Shown here: positions 18,238 through 27,452 of the stretch, one piece after another
How positions within the stretch are numbered: position 1 is the stretch's first letter
Layout of the letters: every line of letters starts with the position of its first letter
Origin: Oscillospiraceae bacterium
Lineage (GTDB): Bacteria > Bacillota > Clostridia > Oscillospirales > Oscillospiraceae
Reading direction: 5' to 3'
DNA length: 64,000 nucleotides
Assembly (NCBI GenBank): GCA_902799075.1
Contig: CADBYZ010000004.1
Coordinates: 1,294 to 65,293, forward strand
Notes under the pieces: model-generated
The model's database searches: none
Told to the model about the DNA's origin: nothing
What the model saw: only the letters and a program-made list of their open reading frames with translations
Made by a program: the position numbers and the translations under genes

Positions 18238-18462
18238 TTACCAGACCTGCTCTCTGCCGAAGTGGCGGGCGTATTCCTCTTTGGTCATGATCTGGGTGCT
18301 GATGCCGTAGGCCTTGGCAAACTCAACGGCTTTCTCCTTGCCCGGCACCGGGGAAATGACCGCGCCGTTCTGGCGCACGAGCCAGTATTTCTTTCCGTCG
18401 CCGTAGTCCACGATTACGCCGCCGGCTACCTCTTCCATGGTCAGATCGTCAAGGGCTTTCAT
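18238..18462 (-). CDS. double-glycine-leader small protein (74 aa)
   Basis: MKALDDLTMEEVAGG followed by a 59-aa Cys-free core. Hydrophobic residues fall at -4, -7, -12 and -15 relative to the GG. Flanked by its own extended -10-like motif (18530-18538, minus strand) and a downstream hairpin. Confidence 0.6.
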   Translation of the reverse strand: MKALDDLTMEEVAGGVIVDYGDGKKYWLVRQNGAVISPVPGKEKAVEFAKAYGISTQIMTKEEYARHFGREQVW

Positions 18463-18573
18463 TTTATTCGACCTTTTTCCGATCTTCTGTCTGTCCTTTA
18501 CATATCTGCTTTCTACTGCTTACGGGTCTATCTTATCACAGGTTTTGTCACAATACAGTCACACACGCCCGCC

Positions 18574-19812
18574 TCAGTCTCTTCTGAACAGGTCGCGGGT
18601 GTAAACCTTGTCCTCACAGTCCTTCAGCTGCTCATCAAAGCGGTTGGCGAGGATCACGTCGGACCCGGCCTTGAACTTTTCGATATCGTTGACCACCAGG
18701 GAGCCGAAGAAGGTCTGGCCGTCCTCTAAGGTGGGCTCGTAGATGATGACGGTCGCGCCCTTGGCCTTGATGCGCTTCATGACGCCCTGGATGGAGGACT
18801 GGCGGAAGTTGTCGCTGTTGGATTTCATGGTGAGCCGGTAGACGCCGACGGTGATGGGCCGCTCCTTCTGCGCGTTCCACATGCTGCTGGCGGTGTAGTA
18901 GCCCGCCTTTTCCAGCACACGGTCGGCGATGAAGTCCTTGCGGGTGCGGTTGGAATCCACGATGGCCTGGATGAGGTTTTCCGGCACATCCTCATAGTTT
19001 GCCAGCAGCTGCTTGGTGTCCTTGGGCAGGCAGTAGCCGCCGTAGCCGAAGGAGGGGTTGTTGTAGTGGCTGCCGATGCGGGGATCGAGGCACACGCCGT
19101 CGATGATCTCACGGGTATTGAGGCCCTTCATCTCGGCATAGGTGTCAAGCTCGTTGAAGTAGCTGACACGCAGGGCGAGATAGGTGTTGGCGAAGAGCTT
19201 GACGGCCTCGGCCTCGGTAAAGCCCATGAAGCGCACGTCTATGTCCTTCTTCTCCGCGCCCTCGACCAGAAGCTCCGCAAAGCGCTCGGCCACGGGGCGG
19301 GAGGCCTCGTCGCAGCCGACGATGACGCGGCTCGGCCAGAGGTTATCGTAGAGGGCCCTGGACTCGCGCAGAAACTCGGGGCTGAAGAGGATGCGGTCGG
19401 TGCGGTACTTTTCGCGCACGGAAGCCGTGTAGCCGACGGGGATGGTGCTCTTGATGACCATGTGGGCGTCGGGATTGTGGGCCATGGTCTGCTCGATGGC
19501 GTCCTCCACGCTGGAGGTGTCGAAGTAGTTTTTCTGGCTGTCGTAGTTTGTGGGGGTGGCGATCACGACCAGCTCCGCCGAGGCGTAGGCCGCGGCCTTG
19601 TCGGTGGTGGTGTGGAGGTTCAGTACCCGCTTGCCCGCCTTCGCCTCCGCCAGGAAGCGCTCGATCTCGTCGTCCTGGATGGGGCTTTCCCAGTTGTTGA
19701 GCTTCTCGGCCTTGGCCCCGGTGGTGGTGATGGCGGTGACCTCATGGTGCTGGGCGAGCAGCACGGCAAGGCTCAGGCCCACATAACCCACGCCCGCAAC
19801 GGTGATTTTCAT
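18574..19812 (-). CDS. ugd: UDP-glucose 6-dehydrogenase
   Basis: N-terminal Rossmann motif [13 protein letters not shown] and catalytic region [10 protein letters not shown]. Confidence 0.92.
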   Translation of the reverse strand: MKITVAGVGYVGLSLAVLLAQHHEVTAITTTGAKAEKLNNWESPIQDDEIERFLAEAKAGKRVLNLHTTTDKAAAYASAELVVIATPTNYDSQKNYFDTSSVEDAIEQTMAHNPDAHMVIKSTIPVGYTASVREKYRTDRILFSPEFLRESRALYDNLWPSRVIVGCDEASRPVAERFAELLVEGAEKKDIDVRFMGFTEAEAVKLFANTYLALRVSYFNELDTYAEMKGLNTREIIDGVCLDPRIGSHYNNPSFGYGGYCLPKDTKQLLANYEDVPENLIQAIVDSNRTRKDFIADRVLEKAGYYTASSMWNAQKERPITVGVYRLTMKSNSDNFRQSSIQGVMKRIKAKGATVIIYEPTLEDGQTFFGSLVVNDIEKFKAGSDVILANRFDEQLKDCEDKVYTRDLFRRD

Positions 19813-19842
19813 AGCGTTATCCTTTCTCCGGCGCCTGGCCGG

Positions 19843-20910
19843 TCAGCACTTGTAATAGTCCTTGTACCATTCGGCGAAGGCGCGCAGGCCCTCGCGGATG
19901 GTGATGCGCGGGGTGAAGCCGTAGTCCCGCTCGAGGGCTGCGGAGTCGGCGTAGGTCACGGGCACGTCGCCCGGCTGCATGCCCACAAGCTCGCGGTGGG
20001 CTTCAAAGTCGTAATCTGCGGGCAGGACCCCGGCGCGCACCAGCTCCTCCTGGAGCGTTGCGACAAAGTCCAGCAGGTTTTCCGGCTGTCCGCCGCCGAT
20101 GTTGTAGACCGCGTAGGGCGGCAGCGGCAGGCCGTCCTCGCCGGTCTGTTTTTCGGGTGCGCCCTTTATTACGCGCACGATGCCCTCCACAATGTCGTCG
20201 ATGTAGGTAAAGTCCCGCATCATATTGCCGAAGTTGAAGATGCGGATGATCTGCCCGGCGGCGAGGCGTTTGGTGGCGCTGTAGTAGAACATGTCCGGGC
20301 GTCCCGCGGGGCCGTAGACCGTGAAGAAGCGCAGGCCCGTGGAGGGGATGTTGTAGAGCTTCGAGTAGGCGTGGGCCAAAAGCTCGTTTGATTTCTTGGT
20401 GGCGGCGTAGAGGGAGACGGGGTTGTCCACCTTGTCGTCGGTGGAAAACGGCACCTTCTTGTTTCCGCCGTAGACCGAGGAGCTGGAGGCGTAGACCAGG
20501 TGCTCGACCGGGTAACGGCGGCAGGCTTCGAGAAGATTATAGAAGCCGATGATATTCGAGTCGATGTACACGTCCGGGTGGTCGATGGAATAGCGCACGC
20601 CTGCCTGGGCGGCAAGGTTCACCACGACATCAAAGCAGTATTTTTCAAAGAGGCTGTTCACCAGCGCCTTGTCGGCGATGGAGCCGCGGATAAATTCATA
20701 GCGCACTTTCGACGCGGCGGCGGCCTGCTCGATCTGCTTTAAGCGCCACTCCTTGAGGCTGACCTCGTAGTAGTCGTTCATGTTGTCGAGGGACACCACC
20801 GTGCCGCTTTTGAGCTCTTTCAGCAGGCGGATGACCAGATAGGTCCCGATAAAGCCGGGCGCGCCGGTGACGAGGATGGTCTTGCCGTTGAGCTCAACGG
20901 GTGTTTTCAT
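19843..20910 (-). CDS. NAD-dependent epimerase, UDP-glucuronate 4-epimerase-like
   Basis: ILVTGAPGFIGTY, YASSSSVYG, YAATKK (SDR Ser/Tyr/Lys). AAGGAGA RBS. Paired with ugd. Confidence 0.8.
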   Translation of the reverse strand: MKTPVELNGKTILVTGAPGFIGTYLVIRLLKELKSGTVVSLDNMNDYYEVSLKEWRLKQIEQAAAASKVRYEFIRGSIADKALVNSLFEKYCFDVVVNLAAQAGVRYSIDHPDVYIDSNIIGFYNLLEACRRYPVEHLVYASSSSVYGGNKKVPFSTDDKVDNPVSLYAATKKSNELLAHAYSKLYNIPSTGLRFFTVYGPAGRPDMFYYSATKRLAAGQIIRIFNFGNMMRDFTYIDDIVEGIVRVIKGAPEKQTGEDGLPLPPYAVYNIGGGQPENLLDFVATLQEELVRAGVLPADYDFEAHRELVGMQPGDVPVTYADSAALERDYGFTPRITIREGLRAFAEWYKDYYKC

Positions 20911-20988
20911 AGGTTTTCTCCTTACATGGGAAGGTATTCAAAGTATTTTAACAGGTAAAAGCCCCGCGGTCAATGGGGTTTTGCGGTT

Positions 20989-21471
20989 TTACAGCGTGAA
21001 GATCGAGACATAGTGCGGCGGGAGGACGTGGGTTTTGAAGAACATGTCCATGCTGGAAACGTAGTCCTCCAGGCCGTCGTTGACATTGAAGAAGCGGTAG
21101 CCCTCGCCCTTGCGGATGTAGGAGATGAAGTGCGGCACGTCCTCCTCGGTATAGCGGAGGATGCCCGCCTCGCTCCCCTTTGCCGCCTCAAAGGCCGCCT
21201 CCCTGCCGATGTGCTCGGTCATGGCGGGGATGTACTTTCTCAGGTAGCCCCGCATGACGGGCATGGTGGTCGGGCCGGGGATGCGAAGGGAGTGCATGTA
21301 GTCCATCTCGTTCATGACCGCCTGGAAGCTCACGCTGTGGCCCAGGAAGTGCCGGATGTTGTAGGCCGCGATCCAGCCGCAGCCGTTGATGCTGGCCTGC
21401 ATGGTGCGGTATTCGTATTCGTCGAAGTAGTCCTGGTCGATGATATAGCCGTCGTCGGAAAAGCCGTTCAT
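20989..21471 (-). CDS. cytoplasmic papain-fold cysteine peptidase, C39-like
   Basis: 160 aa with no signal peptide. QASINGCGWIAAYN has Gln six residues before the Cys, as in papain/C39. Candidate catalytic His in DVPHFISYI, followed by NVND. Confidence 0.5.
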   Translation of the reverse strand: MNGFSDDGYIIDQDYFDEYEYRTMQASINGCGWIAAYNIRHFLGHSVSFQAVMNEMDYMHSLRIPGPTTMPVMRGYLRKYIPAMTEHIGREAAFEAAKGSEAGILRYTEEDVPHFISYIRKGEGYRFFNVNDGLEDYVSSMDMFFKTHVLPPHYVSIFTL

Positions 21472-21547
21472 TATTGCTCCTGTTTCTGTGATGACAGCGC
21501 CGCGCCGCCGGGGTCTCCCGACGGCGCATGTCTGTTTTTCGGTAAAA

Positions 21548-22774
21548 TCAGCCGAGGCTCGCGTAGTAGTCGGAGTAATCCGCGCCCTGGGAGGCGGGCT
21601 GATACTCGCCGTAGAGCTTGGACATGACGCGCATGTACTCCTGCGAGTCCGTCTCGTATGGGGTCGGGCAGTAGTTGTTGTAGTTCTGGGCCTTGGTGTT
21701 GGCGCCCTCGATGTTGCTGCTGACGCAGCACGGGATCACGTCGAAGCCCACGGGAGTGAGGCTGCCGTCGTCGGCGCGGACAAGGCGGATCTGAAAGATG
21801 GCGGTGTCCGGGTCGGAGGGCATGGTGTTGCCGCCGAAGACCCAGTTGCCGCAGCTGTAGAGGATGACGCCCTCGCGGTATTTCTCAATGGGCTGGAGGC
21901 AGTGGGAGTGGCTGCCGTAGATCATGTCCGCCCCCGCGTCGATGCAGGCGTGGGCAAGCTCGATCTGGGCCTGGTTGGGCGAATAGTAGAGCTCCTGGCC
22001 CCAGTGGAAGGCGCAGATGACATATTCGGCGCCCTCGCCTTTCATCTGCCGCACGGCGCTGACCGCCTTGTCGCGGTTGGGCGCAAGGTCCGTGCCCGAG
22101 CAGTAGATGCCGATTTTCAGGCCGTGGGGCGTGGTGATGATCCGGGCCTCGCCCTCCTTGCCGTAGGGGACGCCGTGGGCCTCGAGCGCCGCGTAGGTGC
22201 TGTCCGCGCCCGCCTGATAGCAGTCCATCATGTGGTTGTTGGCGGTGGTGACAAAGTCCACGCCGCCCTCTTTGAAGATCTCCGCGTACTCGGTGGGTGC
22301 CCTAAACGGGAAGACCACCTGGGTGTAATCGTAGGTCATGTTGGGGTTATCCGTCAGGGTGCACTCGCAGTTGGCAAGAGTGAGCTCGTCGTCCTTGAAA
22401 AACCGCACGGTGTTGGAGAAGGGATAGGCGTAGTTCCCGTTCAGCACGCCTGCAAAGCCCGCGGGATGGGACTGGTAGTTCTGGTTCGACCAGAGGGTGC
22501 AGTCGCCCACAAAGGAGATGACGTACTCCTGCGGCGCTTCGGGCGTCGGCTCCGGCGTCGGCGCGGGAGTATTGACGGGCGCGGGCGTGTAGGGGCTCGG
22601 CGTGTAGGTGATGAGGTTCGGGTTTTGCTGGGCCGGGGTGTAGGTCTGCACCGTCTCCCCCGCGGTCTTTACCCGCGACACGGTGGTCATGGGCGTCTCG
22701 ATGCGCAGCTTCTCCAGCAGCAGCAGCTCCGCGATCAAAAGCACCAGGCAGGCGATCTTCAGGAAATTTTTCAT
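21548..22774 (-). CDS. CapA-family (PGA_cap) metallophosphatase-fold envelope protein
   Basis: N-terminal TM helix and Pro/Thr linker. Motifs FVGDCTLW, ANNHMMDC, CAFHWGQE and GSHSHCLQP. Confidence 0.85.
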   Translation of the reverse strand: MKNFLKIACLVLLIAELLLLEKLRIETPMTTVSRVKTAGETVQTYTPAQQNPNLITYTPSPYTPAPVNTPAPTPEPTPEAPQEYVISFVGDCTLWSNQNYQSHPAGFAGVLNGNYAYPFSNTVRFFKDDELTLANCECTLTDNPNMTYDYTQVVFPFRAPTEYAEIFKEGGVDFVTTANNHMMDCYQAGADSTYAALEAHGVPYGKEGEARIITTPHGLKIGIYCSGTDLAPNRDKAVSAVRQMKGEGAEYVICAFHWGQELYYSPNQAQIELAHACIDAGADMIYGSHSHCLQPIEKYREGVILYSCGNWVFGGNTMPSDPDTAIFQIRLVRADDGSLTPVGFDVIPCCVSSNIEGANTKAQNYNNYCPTPYETDSQEYMRVMSKLYGEYQPASQGADYSDYYASLG

Positions 22775-22815
22775 GTCTCTATCCTTTATATGTAAATACT
22801 CTGTATCTCAATATC

Positions 22816-23829
22816 TCAAAACAGCCGCTTCACAAGCGGGATCTTTCTCAGTACGAACGCCAGCGCAAAGCACGAAAGCGCAAGGACCAGGTAGAAAACC
22901 AGCAGGGATGATACCGGCGCCGCGGGCGTCGGGGCAAGGCCAAAGCGCTCAAGCACGTTGATCATCAGCGGGTGCGTAAGGTACACGCCGAGGGTGCAGG
23001 CGGAGAGCTCCGTTAATAGCTTCACGCGGCGAAATGTCCTCCCCTTCAGGGCGAGGAAGAAGCAGTAAGCCGCCGTGGACTGCAAAAAGGTCGGCAGAGA
23101 GAAGAAGTGGAAGAGCCACCCGTCCGCCGTATTCTTATACAGCGAATACCAGCGGTTCAAAACACTCGCCGCCAGCGTCACCGCGAGGAAGGCAAGCGGC
23201 GCAAGAAGCAGTGTCCGGCGGGAATACTCCCGTTTCGACAAATACCAGCCCCAGACAGCATACCCCAGATACGGCAGGTAGTCAAGGCTGAAATTCTGTG
23301 TAAAGCGATAAAGAAGCGGCGCGGGGTCGGGGGTGAGGTTGCAGTTGACGAGGAAAACGCCGAGGAAGAGGAAGAGGCCCACGACATAGCGCCCGTCCAG
23401 CTCGCCCCCGTGGAGCGCCGCGTGCACCACCGGCAGGAACAGGCACACCATCACCATCGCGGGCAGGAACCAGAGATGATAGTGCCCCGCGATGACGGCG
23501 TACAGGAAGTCATACGGCCCCTCGAACGCGCCCGAGGCCGCGCGGGCCAGGGCATAGAAAAGCGACCAGAGATAATACATGCCCGTAAAGCGCAGCACCC
23601 GGTGAATAAAATTCTGTCTGAGATCCAGCTTCTCCCGCGCTATAAGCAGCGTCCCGGTGAGCATGAAAAACAGCGGCAGACCGCCCCGGCTCAGGGTGCT
23701 CAAAAAGGTCACGGCGAAGAAGGCCGCGCCGGGAAGCGGCAGCTCGTGGTAGATGTCCGCCGCCGCGTGGATCATCAGGATCAGCAGGCAGGCAAAAACG
23801 CGGCAGAGGTCAAGCTCCGTTCTTCGCAT
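22816..23829 (-). CDS. acyltransferase family 3 membrane protein (paralog 1 of 3)
   Basis: Track ORF trimmed to the ATG at 23829 (MRRTELDLCRVFACLLILMIHA), with GGAGG upstream. Polytopic. Confidence 0.8.
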   Translation of the reverse strand: MRRTELDLCRVFACLLILMIHAAADIYHELPLPGAAFFAVTFLSTLSRGGLPLFFMLTGTLLIAREKLDLRQNFIHRVLRFTGMYYLWSLFYALARAASGAFEGPYDFLYAVIAGHYHLWFLPAMVMVCLFLPVVHAALHGGELDGRYVVGLFLFLGVFLVNCNLTPDPAPLLYRFTQNFSLDYLPYLGYAVWGWYLSKREYSRRTLLLAPLAFLAVTLAASVLNRWYSLYKNTADGWLFHFFSLPTFLQSTAAYCFFLALKGRTFRRVKLLTELSACTLGVYLTHPLMINVLERFGLAPTPAAPVSSLLVFYLVLALSCFALAFVLRKIPLVKRLF

Positions 23830-24073
23830 GTTCCGCCTCCTTAATAAGCGCGAGCTTCTGCGCGCGCGTAAGCCTCTTGATGTGCCACTCGCGGCATCTG
23901 GCCTCGTGTTCGGTCTCAAAGCGCTCGGTATAGACGAGGGCTGCCGGCAGGCGGGCGCGGGTGTACTTGCCGCCCTTCCCCGCCGCGTGGGTTTTGAGAC
24001 GTTTATCGAGGTCGTTTGTCCAGCCGGTATAGAGCGAGCCGTCCGAGCAGCGGAGCATGTAGACCACGTTCAT
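23810..24073 (-). CDS. GIY-YIG nuclease-family protein (UPF0213-like)
   Basis: VYMLRCSDGSLYTGWTNDLDKRLKTH..GKGGKYT. 87 aa. Confidence 0.85.
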   Translation of the reverse strand: MNVVYMLRCSDGSLYTGWTNDLDKRLKTHAAGKGGKYTRARLPAALVYTERFETEHEARCREWHIKRLTRAQKLALIKEAEHAKNGA

Positions 24074-24246
24074 CGCTGCACCTGCTTGATATTCTTTTCA
24101 AACTTGCTGCGCGCGCCCATGACCTCATGCCCGCAGCCGAGGCACTTGAGCTTGAAGTCCGCGCCCGTGCGCAGCACCTGCCACTGCTTGGAGCCGCAGG
24201 GGTGTTCCTTTTTCATGGTGAGGATGTCGCCGACCTGAATGTCCAT
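24070..24246 (-). CDS. DUF951-family small protein (58 aa, not in the supplied ORF track)
   Basis: Hand translation: MDIQVGDILTMKKEHPCGSKQWQVLRTGADFKLKCLGCGHEVMGARSKFEKNIKQVQR. Its start overlaps the rarA stop by 1 nt, and its stop overlaps the GIY-YIG start (ATGA). Confidence 0.75.
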   Translation of the reverse strand: MDIQVGDILTMKKEHPCGSKQWQVLRTGADFKLKCLGCGHEVMGARSKFEKNIKQVQR

Positions 24247-25493
24247 TATTTCTTGATTTCCTCCCAGTAGCGCTTTGCCGCCTGCTCGGTCTTGTTGTCG
24301 CCGTATTCGTAGTATTTCACGTCCCGGAGGGCGTCGGGCAGGTACTGCTGTTTTACCCAGTGGCCTGGGAAATCGTGGGGATAGAGATAGCCCTGCTCCC
24401 GCTCAAAGCCCGTGCCGTCGGCGTGGACGTTCTGAAGCTCCCGCGGGATATTGCCGGTCTTCCCCGCGCGCACGTCCGCCCATGCCTTCTCGATGGCCAT
24501 GACGCCGGTGTTGGATTTGGGCGCGGTGGCAAGCAGGATGCAGGCTTCCGCCAGCGGCAGCTTCGCCTCCGGAAGGCCGAGCTGCAGGGCCGAGTCCACG
24601 CAGGCCTTCACAATGGGCACCGCCATGGGCCAGGCAAGGCCCACGTCCTCACTGGCAGAGCAGAGGATGCGGCGGCTCGCGCCGATGAGGTCCCCTACCT
24701 CCAGAAGCCGCGCGAGGTAATGCAGGGCAGCGTCCGGGTCCGAGCCGCGCAGGGACTTCATCAGGGCCGAGAGGATGTCGAAGTGCTCGTCCCCCTCCCG
24801 GTCGTAGCGCATGGCGCTGCGCTGGGTGATGGCTTTGGCGTCGGAGAGGGTGATGACCCCGTTTTCGGAGGCGGAGAAGAGAAGCTCCACGGCGTTGATG
24901 GCTTTTCGCACATCGCCCCCGCAGGCCGCGGCAATGTGGTCGAGCACGCCTTCCTCGGGCGTGAGGGGCGTGTCGCGCCGCGTGTTCATGATGTTCACCG
25001 CGCGCTCGACCGCGGTCTTTACATCCTCGGGCGTGATGGCCTTGAACTCGAAGACGGTCGAACGGCTGAGGATGGCGTTGAAGACGGTGAAATAGGGGTT
25101 TTCGGTGGTGGAGGCGATGAGCGTGATGCGTCCGTCCTCGATAAACTCCAGAAGGGACTGCTGCTGCTTTTTATTGAAATACTGGATCTCGTCGAGGTAC
25201 AAAAGCACGCCGCCCGGTGTGAGGAAGGTGTCCAGCTCGTCGATGATCTTCTTGATGTCGGCGATGCCCGCGGTGGTGGCGTTGAGCTTTCTCAAGGAGC
25301 GGTTGGTGCGCTGCGCGATGATGCGGGCTACTGTTGTTTTGCCCGTGCCCGAGGGGCCGTAGAAGATCATGTTCGGGATCTGCCCGCTCTCCACGATGCG
25401 GCGCAGAAGCCCGCCCTTGCCGAGGATGTGCCGCTGGCCCACCACATCGTCAAGAGATTCCGGGCGGATCTCGTCCGCAAGCGGCTGATACAT
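24246..25493 (-). CDS. rarA: replication-associated recombination protein A (AAA+ ATPase)
   Basis: Walker A FYGPSGTGKTT, Walker B LYLDEIQYFNK, MgsA C-terminal domain. Confidence 0.93.
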   Translation of the reverse strand: MYQPLADEIRPESLDDVVGQRHILGKGGLLRRIVESGQIPNMIFYGPSGTGKTTVARIIAQRTNRSLRKLNATTAGIADIKKIIDELDTFLTPGGVLLYLDEIQYFNKKQQQSLLEFIEDGRITLIASTTENPYFTVFNAILSRSTVFEFKAITPEDVKTAVERAVNIMNTRRDTPLTPEEGVLDHIAAACGGDVRKAINAVELLFSASENGVITLSDAKAITQRSAMRYDREGDEHFDILSALMKSLRGSDPDAALHYLARLLEVGDLIGASRRILCSASEDVGLAWPMAVPIVKACVDSALQLGLPEAKLPLAEACILLATAPKSNTGVMAIEKAWADVRAGKTGNIPRELQNVHADGTGFEREQGYLYPHDFPGHWVKQQYLPDALRDVKYYEYGDNKTEQAAKRYWEEIKK

Positions 25494-25629
25494 GGCGCGC
25501 CCTCCCTTTCGTAAACCATAATAAAGGAATTATATCACCCTGCGGCGCGTTTGTAAAAGAAATTCTTTGAATTTCCCTTTTGCTTCGTCTTAACTCTTGG
25601 CAAAACATGGCAGATGTTCAAGCTTCGTG

Positions 25630-25658
25630 TGGACATTTTCGGCTCTGTGCTGTATAAT
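25630..25658 (+). promoter_or_regulatory. sigma-A-type promoter candidate
   Basis: TGGACA, 17-nt spacer, TATAAT. Lies 29 nt upstream of the ATG at 25687, which has an AAAGGAG RBS. Confidence 0.5.
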
Positions 25659-25686
25659 GCCAATACTTGCGTAAAGGAGTACATAT

Positions 25687-26370
25687 ATGCGTAAAGGGAA
25701 AATCAAAGCGATTTTGTTTATTGTTGTATTTCTGCTGGTGATGGCCACCGCCATCACCCTGCTGCTGGATATGGAACGGGAGAAGAAGGAGGTCGAGAGC
25801 CTGGGCTATGACCCCTACCGCGCGACGCCCGCGCCGACGGTTGCGCCCACTGTGACGCCCATGCCCGTCTCCACCATCATGCCGACCCCCGTGCCGCCGA
25901 CGCCCGCGCCTACCCCGACGCCGACGCCCGCGCCCACCCCCACGCCGAAGCCCACGGCCACGCCCGTTCCGGTGGGACAGGTCATCGGCACCGGCTCCTT
26001 TGTCTCTAATACCGGTGTTCCCATGAACGTCCGGGCCGACTGGGAGGCGCTGCTGCTGGATGAGCAGCATGTGGGCGTGCGCGTGAAGGTCTATCTCGAG
26101 TCCTACTCGATCCAGATCCAGGAGTCCCGCGGCGCCGTCAACGTCTCTGTCGGCGACAATTACCAGACAGCCGACACCCCCTCGCTGGACATCGACGACA
26201 ACGTCAACCTCCATTCAAGCCTCATCGCCACGACCGAGCACGTGCTGAACCTCGCCCCCGGACAGCAGAAGAGCTTCCCGGTGCAGGTGCAGTATCTCTT
26301 CCGCGGCACCTACTTCCGACAGGAGATCGACACCGTGGAATGCGGCGGCGCGATCGACCTGATGAGATGA
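25687..26370 (+). CDS. hypothetical membrane-anchored protein with a Pro/Thr-rich linker
   Basis: N-terminal TM helix, PTPAPTPTPTPAPTPTPKPTATP linker, and a C-terminal domain of about 130 aa from an unrecognised family. Confidence 0.6.
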   Translation: MRKGKIKAILFIVVFLLVMATAITLLLDMEREKKEVESLGYDPYRATPAPTVAPTVTPMPVSTIMPTPVPPTPAPTPTPTPAPTPTPKPTATPVPVGQVIGTGSFVSNTGVPMNVRADWEALLLDEQHVGVRVKVYLESYSIQIQESRGAVNVSVGDNYQTADTPSLDIDDNVNLHSSLIATTEHVLNLAPGQQKSFPVQVQYLFRGTYFRQEIDTVECGGAIDLMR

Positions 26371-26380
26371 GGTGAACACC

Positions 26381-27016
26381 ATGCGGACACCCGAACAGGT
26401 ACGGGAGATCGTGCGGCTGCTGCTGGAGGAATACCCCGAGGCAAGCTGTACGCTTGACTGGGGCAAGGACTATGAGCTTTTGTTTTCCGTGCGCCTTGCC
26501 GCCCAGTGCACCGACGAGCGCGTAAACCAGATCACCCCAGCCCTCTTTGCGCGCTTCCCCACCCTCGAAGCCTTCGCGGAGGCCGATGTTTCCGAGGTTG
26601 AGAAATACGTACACTCCTGCGGCTTTTTCCGGGCCAAGGCGAGGGACATCGTCAAGTGCTCCCAGGTGCTTTTGGAAAAGTACGGCGGCGAACTGCCGCG
26701 CACGATGGAGGAGCTGACCGCCCTGCCCGGCGTGGGGCGCAAGACGGCGAACCTCATCCTCGGCGATGTGTTCCGGGTGCCCGGCTCCACGGTGGTGGAC
26801 ACCCACTGCATACGCCTCTCGAACCGCATGGGCCTGGTGGACGATCTCAAGGACCCGGTGAAGATCGAAATGGAGCTCAGAAAGATCCTGCCGCCCGAGC
26901 GCTCCTCCGACTTCTGCCACTGTCTGGTCCTGCATGGCAGGGCCGTGTGCGACGCGAGAAAGCCGGAATGCGAAAAATGCTGCGTGCGGCACCTGTGTCA
27001 GCACTTTTCAGGCTGA
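26381..27016 (+). CDS. nth: endonuclease III
   Basis: HhH-GPD motif LPGVGRKTANLILG and a C-terminal 4Fe-4S Cys cluster CDARKPECEKCCVRHLC. I prefer the ATG at 26381 over the track GTG at 26372. Confidence 0.92.
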   Translation: MRTPEQVREIVRLLLEEYPEASCTLDWGKDYELLFSVRLAAQCTDERVNQITPALFARFPTLEAFAEADVSEVEKYVHSCGFFRAKARDIVKCSQVLLEKYGGELPRTMEELTALPGVGRKTANLILGDVFRVPGSTVVDTHCIRLSNRMGLVDDLKDPVKIEMELRKILPPERSSDFCHCLVLHGRAVCDARKPECEKCCVRHLCQHFSG

Positions 27017-27023
27017 CGCCTTA

Positions 27024-27140
27024 TGAGTTTGGAGTTTGGAGTTAGGAGTTTGGAGTTAACGTGTCCGCTTCGCGGACAATTTCTATCGTGTTGAAGGCAC
27101 ACCATAACTCCACACTCCACACTCCTAACTCCACACTTAA
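27024..27140 (-). repeat. family A element, copy A3 (inverted orientation, nth-ACT spacer)
   Basis: Arms (TTGGAGT)n and (ACTCCAC)n are the reverse complements of the A1/A2 arm units. The core GTGTCCGCTTCGCGGACAATTTC..GAAGGCACACC is the reverse complement of the A4 core. Confidence 0.8.
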
Positions 27141-27173
27141 CAAAAACCTGCGCTGAAAGGAACCATACCGACT

Positions 27174-27443
27174 ATGAAAGCTATCGTCAGTGTATTTGCC
27201 AAAGACAGCAAGGGCATCATCGCCTATGTGACCGCGCTGCTCGCGGAGAAGGATATCAACGTCCTGGACATCAGCCAGACGCTTTTGCAGGAGTATTTCG
27301 CCATGATCATGCTGGTGGACCTCACCGACTGCGGCATGAGCTTTGTGGAGCTCAGCCGCTACCTTGCCGACAAAGGGCAGGAGCGCGGCCTTGACATCCA
27401 CATTCAGCGTCAGGACATCTTCGACGCCATGCACAAGGTCTGA
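27174..27443 (+). CDS. ACT-domain protein (UPF0237)
   Basis: 89 aa, MKAIVSVFAKDSKGIIAYVTALLAEKDINVLDISQT. Standard partner of UPF0210. Confidence 0.85.
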   Translation: MKAIVSVFAKDSKGIIAYVTALLAEKDINVLDISQTLLQEYFAMIMLVDLTDCGMSFVELSRYLADKGQERGLDIHIQRQDIFDAMHKV

Positions 27444-27452
27444 GGTGCCGCC

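Noticed and set aside
20957-20985. Intrinsic terminator between the C39-like gene and the epimerase gene
   Set aside because: Only a 4-5-bp stem (CCCC..GGGG) with flanking T or A runs on either strand. This is too weak to list as a feature, although it may mark an operon boundary.
23810-24073. GIY-YIG nuclease and the Lar-like zinc-ribbon gene (33473-33697) as signs of a prophage or mobile island
   Set aside because: Both are isolated small genes embedded in housekeeping operons. No integrase, recombinase, phage structural gene, att-like repeat or obvious compositional shift is nearby.
25815-26024. Gly/Val-rich and Pro/Thr-rich small ORFs overlapping 25687-26370
   Set aside because: They are alternative-frame or antisense readings of the PTPAPTPTP linker-coding repeat of the real gene.
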